Source of the DNA: Macrostomum lignano
Lineage: Eukaryota
Reading direction: 5' to 3'
Assembly (NCBI GenBank): GCA_002269645.1
Contig: NIVC01000972.1
Location: forward strand, 1 to 43,209
Length of the DNA: 43,209 nucleotides
The notes beneath the pieces are model-generated. The model was given only the letters and a program-made list of their open reading frames with translations. It searched no databases and was not told where the DNA came from. The position numbers and the translations under genes were made by a program. Shown here piece by piece: positions 24,748-36,125 of the stretch; position 1 is the first letter of the stretch, and each line of letters starts with the position of its first letter.

Positions 24748-24917
24748 TGATTACACCTGCCCAGCTAATGCTGGCACCCATTTTACAGCTGGGTGAACTG
24801 AAGCAATGCAGAGTTAGGTGTCTTGCTCAAGGACACAAATTGTTCCGAATGGGTGGAGAATCGAACCCCCGACCTTTCAGTCGTGAGTCCTACGCTCTTA
24901 ACAACCACTAGGCTACA
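24748..24917 (-). mobile_element. tRNA-derived CORE-type SINE, copy 2 (intronic, antisense)
   Basis: Minus strand tgtagcctagtgg...ggttcgattc...gtgtccttgagcaagacacctaactctgcattgcttcagttcacccagctgtaaaatgggtgccagcattagctggg, near-identical to copy 1 in the CORE part. Confidence 0.8.
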
Positions 24918-24996
24918 ACCCCCCTCCCCACGGTCTCTGACTGCGAAGACTCAAATTATAAACCAACAAGTGGCAAATTCCCTCAATGTTTAACAG

Positions 24997-25705
24997 CGGC
25001 GTGTCCACGCTGAAGAAGGAGCGGCTGTTCCTAGCTGGGTCAGTGTACGTGGGCAGCCGCATGCGACACAAGTTCAGCTCCACCGGTGACGGGAACGGCT
25101 ACAGCTATCTGAATACCTACGATGACATCGCCGTCTGCGAGAGCCCCAGTTTCAAGGCGCCAGTTAATAAAGACTTGTCCACCAGGCCTAGCGTTGGGAA
25201 AAACTACTCATATTTTGTGTGCCCCACTGACGCTATCGGATGGAATTATGATGAAGATTCTAAATATTGCTGCGGTAAAGAGGAACAGAGATGCTGCGAT
25301 GAAGAGGAATTTTATAGATATCACGGCGATGCTGCTGTATTCGGGCCCGTGTTGGCAGTCCTGTTGGTGTCAATTATACTGTGCTGTTGCTGTTGCTGCG
25401 GGGCCGGTTTCGGCATTTACCTATACATCTCGCGACAGAATCAACGCAATCGAAACGTGCCGCAGCCAAACGCCGTTGCGCATCCACCGATGCAAATGGC
25501 CGGCCCGCCTGTGCCCTACGCTCCTGTTCCAGGCAGTGCTGTCGCTACTAATTTACCTACGGCTACTTATCCTAGACAGCCTATGGGACACGATCCTGCT
25601 GTGCCAGCATCCGCTCCACCTGCCGATGCCGGTTTCAGCGGCTACCCAGCGATCCAGGCGCCGCCGCCAGCTTATTCTCCTCCGGAAGACAAATCGTACC
25701 AATGA
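24997..25705 (+). CDS. Shisa/CX-like protein, terminal exon (Cys-rich module, TM, poly-Cys, Pro-rich tail with PPxY); spliced product 319 aa
   Basis: Acceptor aatgtttaacag|c in phase 2; YFVCP..KYCCG..RCC module, TM GPVLAVLLVSIILCCCCCCGAGFGIYLYI, PPPAY near the C-terminus; TGA at 25703-25705. Confidence 0.85.
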
Positions 25706-25734
25706 TGATACGCAACTTTTTAGGGCCAAACGAG

Positions 25735-26265
25735 GAGAACTTACAGAGGAGAGCCACAGAGGAGAACTTAGCGCCAGATGTAGCGCCGCCGTGGGGGGGG
25801 GGGTTAGCGCCAAATGTAGCGCTTTGGGGTGAAGAGAGAGATTTTAGCACCAAATGTAGCGCCGCTGGGAGGGGCTTTTAGCTCCCAATTTATCGCCGCG
25901 TGGAGGATTTTACGCTCATAGCGGGGGCTGGAGAGTTATATTTAGCGCCGCGGGTGGATTTTAGCGACAAGGGGATCTTAGCGCGTAGCGCCACAATGGG
26001 GATCTTAGCGCCAAATTCAGCGCCACAATGGGGATCTTAGTGCCAAATGTAGCGCCACAAGGGAGATCTTAGCGCCACGGGTGGATTTTAGCGCCAAATG
26101 TAGCGCCACAATGGGGATCTTAGCGCCAAATAGCGCGCCAAGAGAGATCTTAGCGCCAGATTTAGCGCCACAAGAGAGAGGTTAGCGCCACGGGTAGATT
26201 TTAGCGCCAAATGTAGCGCCACTGAAGAGGGAATATCAGCGCCAAATGTAGCGCCCGGGGGGGGT
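25735..26265. repeat. degenerate GC-rich tandem array built on TAGCGCC(A) (e.g. gatcttagcgccaaatgtagcgccacaatggg)
   Basis: More than 25 tagcgcc/tagcg motifs spaced ~12-20 bp apart, starting just after the Shisa-like stop codon. Confidence 0.85.
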
Positions 26266-29200
26266 TTCCAAGGAATTCTGAAACAATTTTTATAAACAGA
26301 ACTAGGGGAAAAGCCCATATTTTTTTAGCTGCCCTAGGCTGTAACTTACTACTAAATAGAATAGTCAATCTAGTAACCATAGCCACGGGAAAGCATGCTT
26401 TTTCAAGCATGTTTTTTTTCTTAAAAATTCTGAATGAATTTTGAGTAATTTTTATTAGTTCCTCTGCCTGCTTCAAGCTGTGTAGTTTTCCGAAAACGAT
26501 GACGTAAGCTGTTACGTAATAATTACTATCTTGCTTTGTAGTCCTTATTAACAAGCTTCTTATTTATTTTTGTTTATCTGGTTGATATAAATCAACCAGA
26601 CCATTTCTAACTTATGATATATTGTATAGTTATTCATTTAAGTGTGTATCTTTGACTTTAAAAAGATGAATCTGTATCTTTTACCTGAGCCATTTATCAA
26701 TTAACCTATTTTTTATCTCTTTTTGACACCTAATTCGTGTTGCCTACGAAAATAGTGGCAAGTTAAAAGTGGCATTAATTAGCATCGGTTCAGATATCTT
26801 TCTTCTAGTCCTACTGCCAGTAGCTATCGCTGATCATTTTTGAGAAGCTTAATAGCTACGAGTATATTAAGTCCAGAAGCTAATTGCCTAATATACTTGT
26901 AATCTCAATGTCAACTTTGTTTTTAATGTCTATTTTTAAATATTTTATCTATCTAGTGATTTCTGATTATGAATAGTCATTTTATAATCACTAATACGCA
27001 TTCATACACACGCTCACACAGGGTGTACATGCGGCCCTTTGACTGTCAAATCGTCAGGCATGTACTCAATACAATCTCTGTGTCTTTAGAGGTTGTACCT
27101 CATGGCTGTGAATCTCAACCCCCCCCCCCACCCAGGGCCGATTTTCGTGCACTCCTGCAAGTCTCAAATGAGTGTGGCCGGGCACGGAATGGAATCATAG
27201 GGTTGTGTCGCAAGAGTCTGACGCTTGAGGGAGGGGGGTTGACGGCCTGGAAGTATGGATGTATGAATAAGTGTATGTATAAATATTGTGTAAAAGATAT
27301 TATGTGGAGCAATATTTTAATTCTCTTGCCACATTTTGGCTCATAAGTCATCAATGACCTGTGTACTGTATAATAACAAACCTTCTTTTGGTTTCTGGTG
27401 TATTTTAAGTTTTGTACATTAATAGTGTGGCCTGAGAGATTTCTGAAAATATTTGATATATCAGTGCATTATCCGCTTATGTACTCTTACGCTCGTACGT
27501 GTACGTAGTACGTTTAAAATTGTTATACTGTCCATTTAATATTTTCAACGAATTTTTTAGTAAAAAACTGATCTCCATACACTTTCCTTACTATTTTTAG
27601 TAGACACGCTTTTTTATTGAGGCTTATATTAATAACGGAAATTTTTATGCTTTTTTGCTTGCTAGCGCTTATTAATTATGCTCAGTGGCTTTATGTGCAC
27701 TACTTTTATACCGTTTCGTAAGTGTACATGTACGAGCTATCATGTAGCTCGTATGAAGCCTTTAGTTTGCGCACTTTAAAATCAATTTAAATATTGGCTA
27801 TATACTAATCTGTCGAAACTTATTTTTTTTTATTACATTACCTAGAAAAGGATCAACTTTGACGATTATTTTTGTACAAAATCGTACCTTTTTGCAACGC
27901 GGGAGCTCAGCTAAAGAATCGCGCAATATCTCATAAAAGTCAGATGGCAATTACTACAGCAGCCGAGTACAAAAGTCGATCGTATCTACGACGTACTTTT
28001 TATAATCTCCTTTTGGGTTCTGTAACTATAAACAGTTGATTTAGCTAAAATAGTAGGTCACGATCTGTCACGATCTGCGAGTGCTCATTTTTCAGGCGCT
28101 AATTGTAGTCTTACAATTGCTTCTATAAACTTAAGTTTCTGGCTATACATGTACGTTCTAGGTACTTCTCCACTGCTACATGTAACTGTCTCCATCCATT
28201 GTCTCCATCGATGCTAGCTGTCCCCATCGCTATAATGTCTCCACCTCATTCTCTATTATTGTCTCCGATCCATCGCTAAGTATCTCTTCGTTAATGTCTC
28301 CATCGCTGTAAAGCTGTGTAAATCCATCGCTAAATAAATTTCCACAGTCACCCACAGTGTTTTTGCAGATGTAGCGCCGACCGGTGTTTGCCGACTCTAA
28401 TGTAGCGTGAGGGCAAGCAACTGGATTTAATATTTGAGAAGATAACAAGTGAAAAGTATAAAGATATAGAAATCGAATTACGCGCTTTTACATGTATCTA
28501 CAGACATAATCAAATGTAAAGCATGATCGAATCGCTATAGCAATATAAAAAAACTGACAGTTATTGCATGTGAGTAGAGAACTTCACTTCAAATAAATGC
28601 TCGTCCTTATCGATTAAATGTGTACATTCACGATTTGACATTTTAGATGCGTGCTATGGTTGGGATTGCTGGTTGGCAGGTAAGTGCATGGTAACGCAGC
28701 TAGGTTTGCTGATAATTTCAAGTGATGGCAATTGATTGAATTGGTTAAATAATGATGACTTATTCGTGTTTAAATAATTTACTAGTGTAATGTCTCTATC
28801 TGTAGGCATGTCCTCGCTTCTCAAATCGTCATCGTAAAATGAGAGTTATAACTAGCGTTGGAGACGTTTGAAGTCTTTTTCCCGGAAACCAAAATTTAGT
28901 CGAACTGGGCGAAATAAGGGACTTACATTGGTCATACATTAGAATATCTTGCCATAGGCCATCTTAACTTAGTCATAAGGCACTGAAAGTTAAAATTAGG
29001 TTTTAATTATTTAGGCTACTTACAGTGTATCGCTAAATTTTCCCAATAATGCAGGTGTAGCCTATGCAGTTGTATTAAATTACATTAGGCCCTACCAGTA
29101 CCACTACCAGTTGACCAATTTTCGATTTTGACTTGATACAGTTAAGGTATCCAAATTAACAGCAAACTGTCCTTAATTACCTAGGCCTAGCTAGCACTTA

Positions 29201-29410
29201 GCAGTTTATTTGATAGTTGATTAACTTGATTTGATTAAGCTGGAAGATGAAGATAACTAATAGTGAATTCTGATAAAATAGGCCCTTACTAGCACCTGTT
29301 TCTATGTTTAAGCATTGAAAGTAAATATAAAAACCAGTTACTCAATCCAACATAATTTTTATTCAACACCTAGCTATCTGTTACCTGGCCTAGCTAGTAG
29401 ACCTATTTCA

Positions 29411-29476
29411 ATGTCTTACTATTGTCATAGCTGTCAAGATGCCAAGCAGCAAAGCAAAATTGAACATTGTGCTGAT
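29411..29476 (+). CDS. RNF115/RNF126-like: RNF115/RNF126-like E3 ligase, coding exon 1 (MSYYCHSCQDAKQQSKIEHCAD; first CxxC of the N-terminal zinc finger)
   Basis: ATG at 29411; YYCHSC matches the family's YFCHxC; donor gat|gtaagt in phase 0. Not in the ORF track. Confidence 0.8.
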
Positions 29477-29678
29477 GTAAGTTAATGTATTTTTTAATTA
29501 ATACTAAATTACTAATGAACAATAAATGTCATTAATTTTATTGATGTTAAATATTTAAACCATTTGGTTATTAAAACTATTTAGATTTTAGATTGTAATT
29601 GCATAGTTTTTATTCAAATTTTAACTTTATATATTATAAGTAGGCCTAGGCTTATATATTTAACTTTAAGTTATTATG

Positions 29679-30185
29679 CCACACTCCGGATCATGTAGTT
29701 TACGCCTAAAAATTTGGGCGTGCATTGGCCTTGTATACCAAAATTAGGCGTGCACAGTTGGCATGCATCACTCCTGAGAAAATAGTATATGTGCATACCT
29801 GGAATTCACTTTATAGAATCATGCGTAAGAGTTATTATAAAGTAGAAAACAGATAAAAAAATTTTAAGTGCAAATTTCAAGCTTTCCAGTTTTTGAAGCT
29901 TGTAAAAGATCATTTAAACAAAACTTTTCATGTTTAAATTTTCTGCTAGTTAAACTAAGTATCACTGAAAAAGCATAAAAACCAACCAAATTATCTGGTA
30001 ATGGGTCTATTATGCAATTCAAAAAAGATATTTTAATTTTATTGTCACAACATAAAAAAGGTCATTTATTGTCACAACACCGGCGACAACATTTTTGAGA
30101 ATGGGCGTGCACTACATTTTTTGGCATGCATTTGTAATTATTCAATTTTTGTTCCGACATGCACCCAGCATGATCTGGACTATGG
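29679..30185. mobile_element. MITE-like element (~507 bp) in RNF intron 1 with 17-bp decayed TIRs
   Basis: Left ccacactccggatcatg versus reverse complement of the right end ccatagtccagatcatg; ttattat on both flanks; internal (g)ggcgtgca repeats. Confidence 0.55.
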
Positions 30186-30442
30186 TTATTATAATAAGTT
30201 ATATTATAAACCATAAATAGCCATAGTCTATTGGCTTGGACAAGTCTAAGATAGGCCTAAGATATGGTAATTTTATAAGGCCAATACTGTAACCTAGGCC
30301 TATATATATGTAATTTATATTTATAATAATAACATTATAGCCTATTGTCATTTTGGCTATTTATAAGATTTTTTCTAGCTAAAAATTTAATATTTATCAA
30401 TATTTATCAAACATACATACATGGGAATCATTTGGCCATTTA

Positions 30443-31903
30443 TATTGGCAACACATACATGCTAGACTCCAGATGGTATACATGTATGCCAAAAAATTCT
30501 AGTGTATAGAGGGACCTAGAGTACACCATTTGCGTACAACTTGGCATACAAAGGGGCCTGGCATGCCCTCTTGGTGTATAGCTAGGCATATGGCTCATTC
30601 CATATAAGATGGACATATTTGGAAAATAGAAAAAAGTCAATATTTTTGCTTGCAATTGCCTAATTAGCCTATTTTTTTTTACCAAATGTTTATATTGTGC
30701 AATATATACAATCTAAGAATAAAGGAATGGTAAAATGTTGGATTAGTATGTTATCAATTGGCAAAAAGTCATTTTTGTAAAAATTTGGACATTTTTCGAA
30801 GCAAAAGACATCATTAAGATTTTGTACCTTTTAAAAACAAATAGAAAGCTTTTGAAGGTTGAAACAAACTATAGATAAAAGTATAGTACTTGCATCATCA
30901 GATAAAAGCATTGGTGACCAAATAATCTATTATATTTTTAATGTATTAGTACCTCAAAGTTACTGAATTGACAGAAAAAAAATGTTACGACCATTAGGCT
31001 GCCTTTTCTTTTGTATCTTTGTTGCCTTTTGAGTTTATATATTCTAATAAAAGAGTATGATTTCTAAAGATGTTCTTAGTCAAATTTTAAAAATGTATTG
31101 CAAAATATCAAAAATGAAAAATGTTATAAGACTTTTACCTTTTAGTTTCTATAAGTCAAAAATCCTGTCGTTACGACCATAAGTGTCATTTAAGGTTTAA
31201 TAGCATCTATACTAATGATGATATCTATTATGAAACTCTATAAATATATTCTAGACAAAATAATCTTTCATTCAAAATATTGGTTTAGTATATTCTATTA
31301 TTAGATTTCATTTTATAAGTAAAAATAACCTGTCATGTTACGACCATGTTTATATGGAATGAGCCATATAGAGATTGCCAAGATAGCAGTAGGACCAAAA
31401 GTTCTAAGTCCCTATCAAGCTATACAATTAGCATACAAAAATGATAAGTTTATATTTGGCATAGTCTCCATGTACAATAGCTAAATTTTGATTAGAAAGA
31501 ACAGCCCACTAGCCCTTTATGAAAAAACGGATTCAAACTAATTAAAAAACCCAGATTTAACTTTTCCAAAAAGTTAAAAATAAAACAAAAATAGTAAAAA
31601 TGAACTAGTTTTATATAGTTAAGTGAAATTACCAGTTTTAACACAATAATTTTTTAATATTAAAACTTTGCAAGCAAATTAATATTCATCATAACTTATA
31701 TTTTTATTTTGGCATATTTTTGTATACAATAAAAAGTTTATTGGAGTGTACATTGGCGTACATGAGCTACAAAAGCAATTTTTGTTCTGGCATACACGAT
31801 CCTGACCTGGCATACATGTTAAGTCGCTATTGGCTAAGACTTGAAAGCAGTCACGTGACTACTATTCCATCCAATAGTGGCTTACATGTGTGTGTTGCCA
31901 ATA
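30443..31903. mobile_element. candidate outer non-autonomous DNA element with 19-bp inverted ends and TGGCATAC subterminal motifs
   Basis: tattggcaacacatacatg (30443-30461) versus reverse complement of 31885-31903 tattggcaacacacacatg; catgtatgcca at 30481 mirrored by tggcatacatg at ~31809. These could instead be ends of two neighbouring CAGTGTTGCCA-type elements. Confidence 0.4.
30588..31369. mobile_element. non-autonomous DNA transposon (~780 bp), 20-bp perfect TIR ATATGGCTCATTCCATATAA, nested in the previous element
   Basis: 30588-30607 equals the reverse complement of 31350-31369; three internal gttacgacca motifs. Confidence 0.7.
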
Positions 31904-34254
31904 GAAACAGCTGGGTGAATCCCTAGGTTGCACCCAAGCATGTTATAGGACTTCCAATTGGTAGATATATTAGTATATTTTATATACTATATATTATTTT
32001 CATCAAATTGAATATTTTATCTAGCTTTGAAAGATAGAAAATATTATTATAATAAGCTAAATAACTAGCTTTTAAATCTATATCTATCTTCTAAATATAC
32101 TAAATCTCTAAGGTTTGTATGCTTGTATTATAACTAAATCTAAAATATTTTATTAAATAATGTGCTAGGGCTCTGTCTCTCTATAAAAAATCCCACCGCT
32201 GCTACTAAGCTGTGCTAGGCGTGTTTCCTATGCACTGAGAATCCCACTAAATGCCACCAAAGTTGTAATAGAGCTATTTCTCCTTAACAATTTTACTGGT
32301 TATTAATTGTCTTTCTACTGGTAGCGCATATACTTTTATTGGTAGTGTATGTACTTCTGTTGTACTTTCTGGCCTGAGCAGTCTTTTAAACACTGTCTAT
32401 CCTATCCCTATACTCCTCTAAAGATATTATTATCAGTCCTAGGCATTCCCGGGATCAGAGGGTCACAGCACACTTTGCTGGGTATTCTGCTCTGAGGTGG
32501 GTTTCTCAGACTCTAAGCCTAGATTTCTCTACCTTGTGGTAGGAATTCTGCCTTCTAAAGGCGGGTTACTAGACTCCTAGGATTTCTCGTTCTCTGAGAA
32601 TGGACTGAACTCCCAATATGGGGGCAATTCCTATGTCACTATCCACTACTCAAAATAAGTAACACGAGTGATCACAAGCCGAAGGCTGATTTAAAGCTTG
32701 ATCAATGTTTAAAAAAAATAAACAAGAAATGGTTCACAAGGTTCACCAGGTTATTTATTTTTGCTCCCAGCTGACTCCTATTTATAGTAAAATTTTCCTA
32801 GTATTTAAAACAAAGTATAGAATATTCAGAATATTTTGCATATAAGAAATATTTTTAATATTCGCATATTATAACAACAGTAGTATGTTTTTTGGAAATG
32901 CAACTTTTTCTAAGAAATTGTTATAAAAACTGGAGGCCTATTATAATAAGCTGTGGCTATAGGCAAAGTAATATTTTGGCAAATCACAAAATTAATAAAT
33001 AGATAAAATAGAAGCAGGGGAGGGTTGGCTTGGTAGTTGCATCATATCTAGCATAATGGTAAAGCCTAAAAACAGCCTATATTATACATTATATATGTAA
33101 CATAGTGACACAATGAACTTTGCAACTAGTTGCATATACTGAAGTATTGACTCATTAGCAATGGAGATTGTTATTGACTGACTTAGAGATTTGTATTTTA
33201 TTCAACCCCTACCCCATGCACGCGATTAAATCTGTCTGCACCTACTACCTCATTGCTAACTAATAAATATTGTCAGCCTAGCTCTTAAGCGAGCACCTTT
33301 TCTTAATCTTTCTCTTTGAGTTTCTTAATTCCATACTTTTGCTTCAGTTAATTAAGTTATCACAATATATACTTATATTATAGTCTGCAGGATTTAAAAA
33401 AACTTGCAGCACTTTTGTTGACTTTAATATATGCAATCATAAATTATAAGTGTGTTATAAAAATGAACATTTTTCTATCTTTTCCATTGTTTTTTTAGGA
33501 AATTGGCCTTTAAAATTATATAGTCTTAAGATATTGCATTTATAAAAACTAGCAAAATAAAGTTATGATTTTAACTGAGTAGTCTAAATTGCCACTAGGT
33601 AGTAGAAAATGTTCATTTTACTAGTTCAGAAATTATATAACATTGTGTATTTAAAATAAAAAGCCTTCAAAACATTAATTCACCAAAACATAACAATACT
33701 TCACCAAAATGTCACATAGCCTAAACTATCATACAAAAATATTTATTTATATGCTATTCTAAATCTAATATATTTAGATCTTAGCAGAGTTATTGCAATT
33801 AACTCTGCTAAGATCTTAATTTTCTTAATTAAGAATCTTAATTTTCTAATTGTAGTCTAATATTTTATTAATAATTTAGATTTGCCCTTTCCAATTTGAA
33901 GCTTTTTCCTTTTTTATGCTTAGATTCAATTTAATAAAGGCTATATTTTAAGGAATTACTAATATTTGCCTCTCCTTTGTTGTAGACATAAAAATGTTAG
34001 GATAAACTACATGTAGCTTTATACTTTGTATACTCACTTTCATTAGTTTTTTAAGGAAAATAATAGTTAAAGTAAAAAGCATTAGCCCTAAAAGCTAGCT
34101 ATCTAGCCTAAGATATCAGGACCTCATTTGAACTTTGATACCTTTAAGCCATGGCTTCACCTTCCCTAACTCTCCCTTTGATTCTAGGTCTATCAACAAC
34201 TCCTAATCGACCATTGGCATCTAAGCAATCCCCCTGAGCCACAGCAGTTTAGTG

Positions 34255-34770
34255 AATCTACCCATGAGTCATATCTTAGCAATTCCCCCATGAGTCTAAT
34301 ATTTCAGCAATTCCCCCATGAGTCTAATAACTCAGCAATTCCCCCATGAGTCTAATATCTCAGCAATTCCCCCATGAGTCTAATATCTCAGCAATTCCCC
34401 CATGAGTCTAATATCTCAGCAATTCCCCCATGAGTCTAATAACTCAGCAATTTCCTCATGAGCCTTGACATCTCAGCAATTCCCCCATGAGCCTTGACAT
34501 CCCAGCAATTCCCCCATGAGCCTTGACATCCCAGCAATTCCCCCATGAGCCTTGACATCTCAGCAATTCCCCCATGAGCCTTGACATCCTAGCAATTCCC
34601 CCATGAGCCTTGACATCCCAGCAATTCCCCCATGAGCCTTGACATCTCAGCAATTCCCCCATGAGCCTTGACATCCCAGCAATTCCTCCATAAGCCTTGG
34701 CATCCCAGCAATTCCCCCATAAGCCTTGACATCTCAGCAATCGCCCCAATGAGCCTTGGCATCTTAGCAA
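34255..34770. repeat. 28/29-bp minisatellite (cagcaattcccccatgag[tctaatatct|ccttgacatct])n, ~17 copies
   Basis: Read directly; two unit variants segregate left and right. Confidence 0.95.
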
Positions 34771-34974
34771 TAATATTTTGCTTTGAGTAAAAAAAACAAT
34801 GCAATTAGCAATTATATGCTATGATAAAATATGTACATATTAAGTAGAATTTAAGAAAGCTAATATGAAATTTTCTGTTGTATTCAAAAGTGCATTCCAG
34901 TTAGTTTATGTTTTTTTGTTTTTAAATGTAGGTTCATATTTAAATTGATATTTCACTTGGATCGCCAATTTCAG

Positions 34975-35030
34975 GGCCTCGTGTGCAGAGACTGCAGGTC
35001 AGACTTCCTGGAGGAGCTAAATGAACAGCA
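34975..35030 (+). CDS. RNF115/RNF126-like: RNF115/RNF126-like, coding exon 2 (GLVCRDCRSDFLEELNEQ; second CxxC of the zinc finger)
   Basis: Acceptor ccaatttcag| and donor ca|gtaagt; matches the family's CPxCxSGFIEEL; phase 0 to 2. Confidence 0.85.
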
Positions 35031-36125
35031 GTAAGTATCCGGTCTCTTTTCATGATGTCATAGAAGGCATCAAGTTTTAGATATTGGAAAAATCATGTTT
35101 TTTTACATTTTATTACGACTGAGTCAGGAAGCACTACTATTAGTAATTCCGTGGTGTCAGACACCGCGTGACAGAGTCGGAGGGCAAAGGGGCAGCTGCT
35201 TTTTGATATGGAGATTATTGCGGAGTCCAGTACCCCCCCCCCCCAGTGATATTAAAGCGTCATGTTAAGACCTATGAGTTTTGAACCAAATTTATAAAAA
35301 AAGCACTCTGTATGTACGTTGAAGTTGCCTCTAGAATCGCAGTGCCATTTCGACGTCCTAGGTCCATCAAATTCAGGAAATTCAGCCAAATTGAAAACCT
35401 CAACATATCTGCAATATATTTTACACTGCCGAGTCTTTAAATCCCAGTAATTGTTTAAGTACGAGTATAGGTAGTTTAAACGAAATGAGTTATAGAAAAT
35501 ATGGAACTCATTTAAATGCGTCCAGGTTAGAAAAAAACAGGATGCCAACTTGGTATCCGATCAGAGGTTCGAATTCAGGATGCCAAAATTAGTTGATGTG
35601 TCATGACATATAACTTTGTGAAAATGATAAAATGAAAGTGTGACTCCATTGATTTGGGTATTGGGATGAGATTAGTTGAGGCAGAAGTTTTAGTCTACCC
35701 AGCAGTTACCTGTATACTCGATGATACTCTACAGGGTGTCCGTAGCCTCAAAAAACCTGAGATAGCTCCGCCTCTCCAAAAAAATGAAAACTTAGAAACC
35801 TGGATTTGAGACCATGACTGTAAAATGCATACTTACCATTCGGTTTGTCTATGGCCCAAAGCATATGCGCTAGTATAGGTGTTCGGTCTTCCTCCCTGCA
35901 TGCGTACAGAGCTAGTTAGCATTTGGCTGCTGAGTGTCATAACCCTGGCGTTTAGGCGCCAATAAAAAGTTTGAGAGATATAGTTTTCAAAGTTCCATTC
36001 TGCTCTAACTTGATTATTTTCTTCACAATGAGAGTAGCTACTAGGATAGAATGTAATTCTTGTGCAAGAAATTTTCCTCAAAATTCGGGATTTAGCATTC
36101 TGTGCCGTGATACCATTTGCTTCAG

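Noticed and set aside
27114-27243. Short segment bounded by tcaacccccc / ggggggttga
   Set aside because: The inverted match is mostly homopolymer, too weak to call an element.
35971-36125. ORF-track N-terminus of the RING protein (MRVATRIECNSC..)
   Set aside because: A strong acceptor at 36125 and two upstream exons supply the canonical zinc finger, so this stretch is read-through intron.
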